IMG/VR virus record: IMGVR_UViG_3300005253_000262
Span: 8,475 to 72,474 of that record
DNA from: a virus
Direction: 5' to 3' (one strand)
Length of the DNA: 64,000 bases
This document shows, in pieces, positions 19,813-28,497 of this stretch. Positions within the stretch are counted from its first letter, which is position 1, and every line of letters begins with the position of its first letter. The position numbers were made by a program, and so were the translations under genes. Under the pieces are notes generated by a model that saw nothing but the letters and a program-made list of their open reading frames with translations, searched no databases and was not told the DNA's origin.

Positions 19813-20083
19813 TGTTCTTTCCCATCAATGCCAGATTGGCTTCCATCCGCTCATGTACTTTGACGGCCTCGTCCTTGTCAAGTTGGGCAGACTCAGCAAG
19901 TTTCTTACCCTTATGGATATAGGTACTGACTTCGGTATTCTTTAGGCTAACAGCGTGTTTGTCCTTCTTCTTAGCCCGCTTCTGCAAACGGATGACCTTA
20001 CCACTCTGTAGTGCTAGCACGATAGCGACAGCCACCATTCCAGCTGTCGCTATCCAAGGGAGTGCTTTGAACTTAGACCACAT
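19757..20083 (-). CDS. inner-membrane spanin-like protein
   Basis: N-terminal TM then Lys-rich helical region; lysis cassette. Confidence 0.6.
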   Translation of the reverse strand: MWSKFKALPWIATAGMVAVAIVLALQSGKVIRLQKRAKKKDKHAVSLKNTEVSTYIHKGKKLAESAQLDKDEAVKVHERMEANLALMGKNSETIDDIANRFNSKRVRK

Positions 20084-20261
20084 TCAGCACGTTCTCTTTC
20101 TTGAGATATCCCATTACAGCTGACACGAGCGCTACGGAGCCCGCGATCAGCGCAGGACGTACTGGCCCTATGAGATTAAACTGCATTACGAGCTCCCACA
20201 ACACGGTCATACCCATGCCGTAGAGTGCTGCAGCTGTGATCGTACTCGATGGTTGTTTCAT
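20073..20261 (-). CDS. holin-like protein
   Basis: 62 aa, two TM segments, basic C-terminus; AGGAGAAC RBS. Confidence 0.65.
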   Translation of the reverse strand: MKQPSSTITAAALYGMGMTVLWELVMQFNLIGPVRPALIAGSVALVSAVMGYLKKENVLNVV

Positions 20262-20279
20262 GTCGTTCTCCTGTTAAAA

Positions 20280-20375
20280 CTATCTGCCGAGGGCTATAGG
20301 TCGCGCATAGCCCTGAGAGCGCCCTTTACTGGTACACTTACGGTGCGCATGCCACCATACCTTCTCGGCAGATAG
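20280..20375 (-). ncRNA. candidate structured RNA in holin leader
   Basis: Perfect 12-bp CTATCTGCCGAG/CTCGGCAGATAG stem plus inner AGGGCTAT/ATAGCCCT hairpin. Confidence 0.5.
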
Positions 20376-20414
20376 GCTACCTTGTGCACCCTGATCCTCG
20401 TCGCCCTGGTGGAT

Positions 20415-20813
20415 CTATTGGAGGGTCAGGTCGGTCGGGGGCCTTGGGACAAATCCCAGATCGACCGGGAGGACAGAAAAATTTACTTCGTTCGAGAACC
20501 CACTCGTCGAAATATACTGTAGAGAGTCAACCGTGGACACGCAATAGTAAGTACCAGGGGTTCCTTGAACGACAAAGTCCATATCGTCAATAGAAGGGGG
20601 ACTCTGAGCCGAAAATGCCTTTGCCTCTGGATACGGGCCACCTACCGCTGTACCGCAGTGCAATTCGTAGTTTGCGAGATCGCCAGCGGGGATCGCTTCG
20701 CCATTCTCGTACAGGGCCGGTTCAGCCCAACTCCACGTTTTTTCTGGCGCTGCTTGAATAGTCAGTGTCCCCAGCAGGAATACCGCTATTAATAGTTGGA
20801 ATAGTCTTTTCAT
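20415..20813 (-). CDS. secreted FN3-like beta protein
   Basis: Sec signal MKRLFQLLIAVFLLGTLTIQA; W...Y...GTYY.V.TVD...S..SNEV pattern. Confidence 0.6.
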   Translation of the reverse strand: MKRLFQLLIAVFLLGTLTIQAAPEKTWSWAEPALYENGEAIPAGDLANYELHCGTAVGGPYPEAKAFSAQSPPSIDDMDFVVQGTPGTYYCVSTVDSLQYISTSGFSNEVNFSVLPVDLGFVPRPPTDLTLQ

Positions 20814-20822
20814 GCTTGTCTC

Positions 20823-21266
20823 CTATGTCATTCTTTCGAAGTGACCCCAGTCCATAAGCGTCTGGTCTGTAGTTAGCCCGTCCATGTCCCAATCACCACC
20901 GTACGTGGCTTCGTGCCCTAGCTGCATCGATGCGGCGAGCAAGATGCCACCGATGACAGCGAATGCATGTGTATCGTCCCAGGGAATCCCCATCTTACCT
21001 AACTTAGGTACGTAGCACCATGGGCCATAATCAACGGCGTCACTTAGGGGCTTACCATCGGGGCCAAGGATGTTGTGTTTGGAGTCAGGCCACTCCTTTG
21101 TGGAGTTCCCGTCGAGAAAGGCCTGGTTCTGAATCTCTTCCCCGCGCCATCCATAGATAATGACAATATCATAGATCTGCCAGCTCAAGGCAAGTTCGAA
21201 TGTCTCCTGTAGCTCATGATGAGCCGTTAGAAGCTTGGCCGAACTCGATGTACCATACGCGTACAT
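20823..21266 (-). CDS. endolysin, M15-type (L-Ala-D-Glu) peptidase
   Basis: GWR..E.Q, SKHN...SDAVD, GGDW, DWGHFE zinc-peptidase motifs. Confidence 0.88.
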   Translation of the reverse strand: MYAYGTSSSAKLLTAHHELQETFELALSWQIYDIVIIYGWRGEEIQNQAFLDGNSTKEWPDSKHNILGPDGKPLSDAVDYGPWCYVPKLGKMGIPWDDTHAFAVIGGILLAASMQLGHEATYGGDWDMDGLTTDQTLMDWGHFERMT

Positions 21267-21276
21267 GATACTCTAT

Positions 21277-21305
21277 ATTATCACTCACTTATAGAGGACT
21301 TTCAA
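21277..21305 (-). promoter_or_regulatory. sigma70-type promoter for lysis cassette
   Basis: TTGAAA-N17-GATAAT, 10 nt before endolysin ATG. Confidence 0.55.
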
Positions 21306-21307
21306 GT

Positions 21308-21637
21308 CTAAGGACCTGTAGGTCCAGAGAGGTTCAGTACGTCGTATGCGAATTCCGTATGAGCTTCTCCTGCTAGACCCTCGTCTACGCGTACACCGAA
21401 GATTTGTAGCTCCTTCACGTTCGCGTCGTCCTCAATGGTGTTATTGTCCCCTGGAATTACGACGACCATAGTAGCTGCGGGGCTTGGGAGAACGGTCCAA
21501 CCCACAACCTCGGCATCATTTGTCTTGTCATCGAGGCGCCATTCGACCGTAGTCGGGATTAATGGATCCCCGTCGAAGTCGGTGAACACCATCGTCATAC
21601 GTAGTGGGCTTTTTTCATTTACTATTAACATTGCCAT
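21308..21637 (-). CDS. small beta-rich structural protein (fibre adaptor-like)
   Basis: AAGGA RBS; follows repeat protein. Confidence 0.55.
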   Translation of the reverse strand: MAMLIVNEKSPLRMTMVFTDFDGDPLIPTTVEWRLDDKTNDAEVVGWTVLPSPAATMVVVIPGDNNTIEDDANVKELQIFGVRVDEGLAGEAHTEFAYDVLNLSGPTGP

Positions 21638-21649
21638 GTGTTTAGTCCT

Positions 21650-24600
21650 TTAGTTTATTCGTCCAGCTTTGCCTGTGAATGCTGCCATGATTTTATCGGC
21701 TGCAATAGCTATGCCTGCAGCATCGGCTGTAATATCAATTCCTGGGGCTGCCGCTGTAATATCAATCCCCAAAGTGTCACCTGTGATAGCAATTTGTGCA
21801 ATTGCGGCTGTGATCGCGATCTCAATGTGCTCTTCTTGTGTGGCATTGATCAAGTCCGCTATCTGGGTGAAGATTAATAATGCTGTTGCATCGAGTTTAC
21901 CGTCACCCCTGAGGTCTGCTGTGGCCGAGAAAGTTAGTGGTGCTATTGCACTCATTGCCGCAACAGGTTGGAGATCTGCTGTGCCCCCAAATATCATTGC
22001 GGGACTGGCTGAGAGTGCCCCAGCACCCTCAAGATTCGCCGCGCCAGCAAAGGCCAGTGCGGGGGAAGCAGATATCTGATTTATGCTAGTGAGATCTGCT
22101 GCAGCGCCAGATATTAGTGCGGAGGTAGCGTCAAGCTTGCCATTAGCCTTTAAGTCCGCAGCAGTACTAAATACTAAGGTGGGTCCAGCGTCGAGTCTTC
22201 CCACCCCTTCAAGATCGGCTGTGGCACTAAATACCATAGCGGCTGTGGCATCTAACTTTCCTCGGCCCCTGAGACCTGCGGCCTGAGTAAAGGTTAAGGC
22301 TGCAGCAGCATCTAGCTTACCTATAGCATCGAGGGCTGCTGCGCCACCGAATACCATGGCCGGTGTTGCTGATATAGCGCCTCCAGTGACATCCCGAAGA
22401 TCGGCAGCGGCGCTGAATACTAGAGCAGCTGTAGCATCTAACTTACCTATAGCATCGAGATCCGCAGTGGTTGAGAAGGTCAACGCGGCTGTAGCATCTA
22501 GCTCACCCTGAGCATCTAAGTTAGCTGCAGCTGTGAAGGCTAGTAATGGACTAGCGTCGAGTTTACCCCCAGCTTCCAGATTGGCTGTAGCACTAAATAT
22601 CAATGCACTAGTAGCGTCTAACTTGCCCTGTGCATCTAAATTGGCCGTTGCTGTGAATGCTAATATGGATGTAGCATCCAACTTACCTGTTGACGTTAAA
22701 TCGGCCGCAGCATCGAAGACTAGTACGGCAGTCGCAGATATTGGACCTGATCCGTCTTGAAGATCAGCTGCTCCACCAAAGACTAGAGCACTAGTAGCGT
22801 CAAGTTTGCCAGCGGCTTCGAGATCCGCAGCCGCGGAGAAGACTAAGGCTGAGCTAGCAGATATTGGACCTGCCGCGTTCTGGAGATCAGAAGTACCACT
22901 AAAGACAAGAGCAGCTGTGGCATCTAATTTCCCAGCAGCGTCGAGATTAGCTACACCCGAGAAGACAAGAGTAGCTGTAGCGTCAAGCTTCCCGAGAGCA
23001 TCAAGGTTCGCAGTGCCCCCAAATACCATGGATGCTGTGGCATCTAATTTACCAAGAGCATCAAGGTCCGCCGCGGTAGAGAAGACTAGCGCGGGGGATG
23101 CATCTAGTTTACCAGTACCTGTGAGGTCCGCTGCCGCAGAGAATACTAGGGCAGCAGTAGCATCAATTGCGCCAACTAGTGATCCGTCCTTGAGGTCTGC
23201 AGCGGCACTGAAGACCAGAACAGATGTGGCATCTAGCTTCCCAATGTTTATAAGGTCTGCAGTAGTACTAAAGACTAAGGCGGGTGATGCATCCAGTTTG
23301 CCTCGGGATTTGAGGTCTGCAGCAGCACTGAATACTAAGGCTGCTGTGGCATCTAACTTACCATCTGCCTTGAGAGCTGCGGTGGCACTAATTACTAGAG
23401 CAGGTGTAGCAGTTATTTGTGATGGTGCTAGAGTGAGATCAGCTGCAGCCGAAAATGCCAGTGCAGCTGTAGCCCCCAGGAGCCCAGTAGCCTTCAGCGC
23501 CGCGGTAGCAGCAGAGAAGATTAGGGATGCTGCAGCATCTAACTTACCTACGGCTTTGAGATCGGCGGCCCCACCAAATAGTAACGCTGGTGATGCATCA
23601 AGTTTACCGGTGGCCTTGAGGTCGGCCGTCTGGCTGAACACTAGGGCCGCAGTAGCATCGAGCTTCCCCTGCCCAATAAGATCCACTGCGGCACTGAAGG
23701 CTAGTGCTGCAGTAGCATCTAACTTACCTTGTCCTGTCAGATCTGCGGTGGCGGTAAATGCTAGTGCAGCTGTTGCTGTTATCGCACCAGTGTCCCCAGG
23801 GATGAGCACCTTTTCGTTGTACCTCTGCGTTCCGCCATCGTCATAGACGTAAGCCAGCACGGTATCAGCGCCACGCACGTAAATATTAGCAGATATGAAG
23901 TTGACGGTGATGGCATCTATTTCTTCTGCTGTCGTAGTCCAATTCTCACCATTATCAGTGCTTTTAATGTAATAAAGATCCTGATCCACACCAGAAGAGC
24001 CACCGCCGCCATATAGCAAATGAAGATCGCCGCTAAGCGCTACAAAAGAGCCCACCCCAACGTTGCCATTAGCATCCACTGCTGCCGCCAAGGTTTCGTT
24101 AAAGGAAGTGGAGACTATAATCTCGTCATTTGCATCTTCTATACACGACACCGTGGACAAAGTAAGACCTGATCCACCCCCCATATAATTAACAGATATG
24201 CGTTGCGTGCCGCCATCATCGTAAGTCGCTAAATTGGGCAAGCAGAGCAAGGCGGAGCCGTTTTGTAAATCTGTATCAAGTGTGCTAAGGGTATTATCAG
24301 CGGGGTCCACAGACCGCATTCCCGTATCGGTCCATGTTGTCGGGGGATCGGCAGTATTAGTTGTTGACAGCCAAACACAATGCACAAAATCATTCGTGCC
24401 TAAAATGCAATTCGGATTTCCGTAATGAACATCCCCACCAGCATCTAATGCAACAGGGCCGCCCCAAGTACCGCCTGTTCTTATATTGACATCAACACGC
24501 TCTTTAGTGCTGCCCATGACGGTATCAGTATCACCAGCATAGACAACAACTACATCACCGTCTGAGCGTACTGCTATTGAGATCCAAGGGAAAGTAGGAT

Positions 24601-24949
24601 TATTTCCAGGAACGTCTATTAATTCATTAGCAACAGACCAAGTATCTGCTGACATACTAAATTCTTGATAGTGATAGCGAAGCGTACCAGCAACGCCCGG
24701 TTCCAGCGTGGCTATATAAAGAACATCACCTTTCTTTGTAACAGATAACGCCTGATAATCACCGACGCTATTGGTTGGATTATTTGTTGCATCCTGTACC
24801 GTGAATGAACTTGTTGGATCAGTGGCCTTATAAACATCAATAGCCAAACCATCAGCAACAACAATATAGAAATTTCCACCACTTGACTTCCAAGATGGCG
24901 AATGGCCTTTGATGCCATTGTTACTAACAATTGTAGTTGGCAGCGCCAT
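21650..24949 (-). CDS. large fibre-like repeat protein with N-terminal BNR/propeller-like domain
   Basis: Asp-box KSTDNGENW; about 30 tandem ~21-aa LDATAALVFSAAADLxxxGK repeats. Confidence 0.75.
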   Translation of the reverse strand: MALPTTIVSNNGIKGHSPSWKSSGGNFYIVVADGLAIDVYKATDPTSSFTVQDATNNPTNSVGDYQALSVTKKGDVLYIATLEPGVAGTLRYHYQEFSMSADTWSVANELIDVPGNNPTFPWISIAVRSDGDVVVVYAGDTDTVMGSTKERVDVNIRTGGTWGGPVALDAGGDVHYGNPNCILGTNDFVHCVWLSTTNTADPPTTWTDTGMRSVDPADNTLSTLDTDLQNGSALLCLPNLATYDDGGTQRISVNYMGGGSGLTLSTVSCIEDANDEIIVSTSFNETLAAAVDANGNVGVGSFVALSGDLHLLYGGGGSSGVDQDLYYIKSTDNGENWTTTAEEIDAITVNFISANIYVRGADTVLAYVYDDGGTQRYNEKVLIPGDTGAITATAALAFTATADLTGQGKLDATAALAFSAAVDLIGQGKLDATAALVFSQTADLKATGKLDASPALLFGGAADLKAVGKLDAAASLIFSAATAALKATGLLGATAALAFSAAADLTLAPSQITATPALVISATAALKADGKLDATAALVFSAAADLKSRGKLDASPALVFSTTADLINIGKLDATSVLVFSAAADLKDGSLVGAIDATAALVFSAAADLTGTGKLDASPALVFSTAADLDALGKLDATASMVFGGTANLDALGKLDATATLVFSGVANLDAAGKLDATAALVFSGTSDLQNAAGPISASSALVFSAAADLEAAGKLDATSALVFGGAADLQDGSGPISATAVLVFDAAADLTSTGKLDATSILAFTATANLDAQGKLDATSALIFSATANLEAGGKLDASPLLAFTAAANLDAQGELDATAALTFSTTADLDAIGKLDATAALVFSAAADLRDVTGGAISATPAMVFGGAAALDAIGKLDAAAALTFTQAAGLRGRGKLDATAAMVFSATADLEGVGRLDAGPTLVFSTAADLKANGKLDATSALISGAAADLTSINQISASPALAFAGAANLEGAGALSASPAMIFGGTADLQPVAAMSAIAPLTFSATADLRGDGKLDATALLIFTQIADLINATQEEHIEIAITAAIAQIAITGDTLGIDITAAAPGIDITADAAGIAIAADKIMAAFTGKAGRIN
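21850..23785 (-). repeat. ~63-bp coding tandem repeat array
   Basis: Periodic GCATCTAACTTACC / AGATCNGC motifs encoding the 21-aa repeat; boundaries approximate. Confidence 0.85.
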
Positions 24950-25668
24950 TAGCTTAGATACACCAAGCCGTCTGTCGAGATTACTTCTTTCGTTCCCGGC
25001 AGAAGATCAAAAAGGTCTTGATGAGTGCGGGCGGCTGTGCCTTTGTAAACGAAAATCAATCTCTGCTGGCCGCCAAACCCGTTCATCGAGTTGCGCAGGT
25101 TTTCTATATCTGTGTCAGTCCAACTGTCGTCGATAATATTTTCTGAAATCACCACGCTCGGCCAATTACCACCAAGTGCCTGACGGATTGCCTGCCTCTG
25201 CGGTCCACTTGCCGCATCATTGTTTAAGACAATGACGTTCGATCTTGGTAAACCGTCAGAAGCAAAGGCTAAAATATCAGCACCACGACCAATATCAGGA
25301 TCAAGGCCAACGGCAGATATTTCTGCACGTATTTCCGCTTCCTCGGTATTGCCTTGTTCATCTGCGATATATTGAGAGATATCTATTCCGACTACATTGA
25401 CGGCGCCAGTTTCAACAATGATTGCATCTACGCCCCAACCAAACCCTGCGCCAACTACGCAAACCTCGTCGGTTGAACTGATATTAGGAGCTAGAATGGG
25501 GGCTAGAGTCGCCCACATCGATGCCAAGATAGGCTGCATGAGCAATTTGTGGTAACGAAGTCTTACAGGTGATCGACCCTCTGCGGGAGGCGGGCCACCA
25601 CCGGGCATACGTCGCTCTACCTGGAAGCGATAGTTAGCATCATAATCTGCCTTTGTCCATCCAGCCAC
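24949..25668 (-). CDS. class I SAM-dependent methyltransferase-like protein
   Basis: VCVVGAGFGW (motif I) and VVGIDIS (motif II). Confidence 0.5.
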   Translation of the reverse strand: MAGWTKADYDANYRFQVERRMPGGGPPPAEGRSPVRLRYHKLLMQPILASMWATLAPILAPNISSTDEVCVVGAGFGWGVDAIIVETGAVNVVGIDISQYIADEQGNTEEAEIRAEISAVGLDPDIGRGADILAFASDGLPRSNVIVLNNDAASGPQRQAIRQALGGNWPSVVISENIIDDSWTDTDIENLRNSMNGFGGQQRLIFVYKGTAARTHQDLFDLLPGTKEVISTDGLVYLS

Positions 25669-25687
25669 AGCACGCTCCTATCCATCA

Positions 25688-26167
25688 TTACACGTACAGG
25701 ACTTTATCGTCTGCCTCGGCATCGGTAAGTCTGGCAAACGTGCTAAACATTCTGCCACGATCGCCAGCCCACCGTTTTGCTTCCTTGGCTGCCTTCCTTA
25801 GCCATGCATATAGCAAGATGCCATCAGAGTAGTGCATCATGTAGTACGCGTCGTTGAAGGTGAGCTTAACGAGGGATCCCTCGAATCCAACATCCCACTT
25901 GTCGACATTGGTCATAAGCCCTGATCGACGGTACTCATGATGGATAGGATTCGTAAAGTTGGTGCGGTCATACGTGTTGAGTTGTTCAAAGAGTCCCGGA
26001 CGCACACCTTCGTTACGCATGGCAAACTTGATCGAGCCCATGAGTCCGACGCAGATCTTGAACGTGGTCTGATAGTACAGCCGAATTCGGTCCGATTCAA
26101 ACCGCACCTGTACCAAATCCATTCCTTGCTGCACATTCATCTGCGCCGGCTTGAGGATGACCGTCAT
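25688..26167 (-). CDS. hypothetical protein with internal duplication
   Basis: LVQVRFESDRIRLYY vs LVKLTFNDAYYMMHY. Confidence 0.55.
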   Translation of the reverse strand: MTVILKPAQMNVQQGMDLVQVRFESDRIRLYYQTTFKICVGLMGSIKFAMRNEGVRPGLFEQLNTYDRTNFTNPIHHEYRRSGLMTNVDKWDVGFEGSLVKLTFNDAYYMMHYSDGILLYAWLRKAAKEAKRWAGDRGRMFSTFARLTDAEADDKVLYV

Positions 26168-26170
26168 GGC

Positions 26171-26608
26171 TTAGTCCAGTGAGATTGCCAATGCTGAGAT
26201 CGCAAACTCTGGAGTTACACCGTTGTTGACGACGAGATCCGCATCCAGCGTGGAGAAGATCTGCATTACGCCCGCGAATCCGCCCAGTGATACGTCGGTT
26301 TCCGTCTCGGGACCAGTCGAGGAGAGGCCGAACGAGATAATCGCGTCATTAGTGGCTGAACCCGACGCAACAGTCCATCCCGACACACTACGTACGACGG
26401 TCTGGTTGGAATAGCCCGTATAGGCCGCTACGCCCTGCGTCTGTACCGTTGAGGTATCATCGATGACATTGCCGGTATGTAACGCAACAGTTAGGCTACC
26501 TGCTGTTGCGGACGGTAGGAGCCCACCGGCGTCGCCCATATTCGGTGCGGCTACGTTCGTGAACATCAGGTCGAGGACGTCGTCTTCCCATAAGTTAGTG
26601 GCACTCAT
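26171..26608 (-). CDS. small virion fibre-associated protein
   Basis: ALHT...AYTGY...V.R...W...N...I.F...P.FA..AL.IS.D pattern common in phage structural clusters. Confidence 0.65.
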   Translation of the reverse strand: MSATNLWEDDVLDLMFTNVAAPNMGDAGGLLPSATAGSLTVALHTGNVIDDTSTVQTQGVAAYTGYSNQTVVRSVSGWTVASGSATNDAIISFGLSSTGPETETDVSLGGFAGVMQIFSTLDADLVVNNGVTPEFAISALAISLD

Positions 26609-26934
26609 TACAGACCCCCAGCGGCGCCAAGGCCAGCACCAGTTATACCACGACGTGGTGGTGAGGACATTTCGACAACCTTCGCTGCGATTGCCTGGGC
26701 TTCCCGTGCACCTTCAAGCCCTTCACCGGTGATGATGGCAATCTCGAGGGCCTCATTAGCATCGCGCAGGACTTGCTTGTTGTCCTTGTAAATCTTGCTT
26801 ACGCGGGCACGTTCGACTTGAGTGGGTTGGTTGGCGTAGTATTCGGGGTAATTGTCGAGATCGTTCTCTTTTACCTCGAGTCTGGCAAGCTGCATCTTCT
26901 TCTTCGCAGCCTGTACGGCAGGTGATGGACTCAT
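26608..26934 (-). CDS. hypothetical protein
   Basis: GGAGAAC RBS; first gene after internal promoter. Confidence 0.6.
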   Translation of the reverse strand: MSPSPAVQAAKKKMQLARLEVKENDLDNYPEYYANQPTQVERARVSKIYKDNKQVLRDANEALEIAIITGEGLEGAREAQAIAAKVVEMSSPPRRGITGAGLGAAGGL

Positions 26935-26982
26935 GATGCGTTCTCCATGTGGGAGCGAGTTGAAGTAAACTTCATGTACTAT

Positions 26983-27011
26983 ATTATAACGACTATCTCG
27001 ATGAAAATCAA
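26983..27011 (-). promoter_or_regulatory. sigma70-type promoter for fibre cluster
   Basis: TTGATT-N17-TATAAT. Confidence 0.7.
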
Positions 27012-28490
27012 CTAGTCCTCTGTTTCTCCTTCTGAACCCTCAGAACGAGGCACTACGGATTCATCGTCCTCAGTCTCTATAACCTCACTCTCGGGCAGAT
27101 CTCCTTCAAGCCCTACCATCTCACGTGCCTCTTCGCGTGAGGTAATCTGCATCGGCTCTTTGTTGCCTGTCTGACGCGAGAGGTTACCGACTGCTCGGGC
27201 ATGTTGCGCTGAGGTCTGACCTTTCTCGAGAGGTGAGAGGATGAATGCACTTGGCCATTCCCACTTCACAACACCCTCCGGTAGGAGCTTAGCACTCTGT
27301 AGGAGCTCGGTCGTAGGTTTCAGTACGAGAGGCTGCGCGAAGAGTACACGACGTTCCGAGATCCTCTCTGCCCAGTTAGCTCTGTCTTGCTCCGACGCTA
27401 ACTGCCCTGCTTCCGACCCAAGGAGGATCCGCCGAGGAATCCCTGTGGTACCGGAGAGCAGTGCCATAAGCATCTCGAAGACTTCCTTCGGTGCGGGTGT
27501 CGTTGAATCGAGGACATCGAGTTTAACACCCCTTGTGCGGATGAATCGGCGTAGCTGATGCTGATATTCCTCGATTTCATCACTTAGGGCCGCAGCATCC
27601 GCGGGGTCGAGCTGCCTATCTGGCTCTACATCCGCTTGTATCCCGCGGTTCGCTGTGAGCCAGTAGGTCTCTGGCGTGCCCCCGGCAACCTTTAGGAGGT
27701 CATCGAGGAGGTTGTACACCTTCTCCATGATCGGGATACCAATCACCGTATCCTCCAGTGGGTTCTCTACGATATGCACTACTCGCGACGCATGTACAGT
27801 TAAATTGCGTAGACCCGTGACTTTTGTGGTGCCAGAGGATACAGTCCTAGTATTTGGGTCATCAAACTCGATCTTGTACATCTCCGGCTGCCCAAACTTA
27901 GGGCTACCGGGTTCAGCATTGAATTTGAGCTCCGTAACCTGTCTGCTTCCGATAGCACGCACATACAGGAGCTCCTTGACATCTCTACCCTGGCCAAGAG
28001 GCGTTTGGAGGTTCGTGCCGTCGTCAAAGCCGAAGAGCAGGATGGAGAAGTGGTTTAGGCGGGCTAGACGATCAGCACGATTCATCGTACCCCACAAGTT
28101 GTGTTTCTCGACCAACTCCTCCCACTTAGTCTTGATTGCATCGTTCTCCACGATCGCAGGAGGATTCGCCCATATAGCGTTGGGTGGAGCGTCAATAACC
28201 CGACTAGCGATATCCTGACGCACATATTTGGCAAGGAAGAGTTCAGCAGTGAGCTGCCTCTCATATCCAAAGACCTTCCACAGATCCCGCTTGCCCCCAA
28301 ACGACTTACCAGCGAGGTTGGCTAGTTGCATTCGGCTGATCAAGCCACTCAATACCCGTAATGAAAGTTCTTTGTCGGTATCTATCCCATTGCCCTGTTT
28401 CCGGATCCTCACTGAGCGCTCTGAGCTAGACACTAGAGACGCCTTAACGCCTCTGCCTGTATTAGTTATCGTGACACCTTTGTTCGTCAT
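27012..28490 (-). CDS. portal protein (DUF1073-like)
   Basis: After TerL; VHASRVVH, TGIPRRILLGSEAGQLAS..D..NW motifs. Confidence 0.88.
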   Translation of the reverse strand: MTNKGVTITNTGRGVKASLVSSSERSVRIRKQGNGIDTDKELSLRVLSGLISRMQLANLAGKSFGGKRDLWKVFGYERQLTAELFLAKYVRQDIASRVIDAPPNAIWANPPAIVENDAIKTKWEELVEKHNLWGTMNRADRLARLNHFSILLFGFDDGTNLQTPLGQGRDVKELLYVRAIGSRQVTELKFNAEPGSPKFGQPEMYKIEFDDPNTRTVSSGTTKVTGLRNLTVHASRVVHIVENPLEDTVIGIPIMEKVYNLLDDLLKVAGGTPETYWLTANRGIQADVEPDRQLDPADAAALSDEIEEYQHQLRRFIRTRGVKLDVLDSTTPAPKEVFEMLMALLSGTTGIPRRILLGSEAGQLASEQDRANWAERISERRVLFAQPLVLKPTTELLQSAKLLPEGVVKWEWPSAFILSPLEKGQTSAQHARAVGNLSRQTGNKEPMQITSREEAREMVGLEGDLPESEVIETEDDESVVPRSEGSEGETED

Positions 28491-28497
28491 ATTGCTT

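Noticed and set aside
20280-20375. Glycine riboswitch (CTCTCAGG on minus strand)
   Set aside because: Lacks the GGAGA and CCGAAG core in the right arrangement
21850-23785. CRISPR array or diversity-generating retroelement repeats
   Set aside because: Repeats are in-frame coding units with synonymous divergence; no reverse transcriptase seen
21669-23846. Long + strand ORFs over the repeat gene (also over tape measure and head genes)
   Set aside because: Antisense shadows of Ala-rich or biased coding sequence, without RBS or motifs
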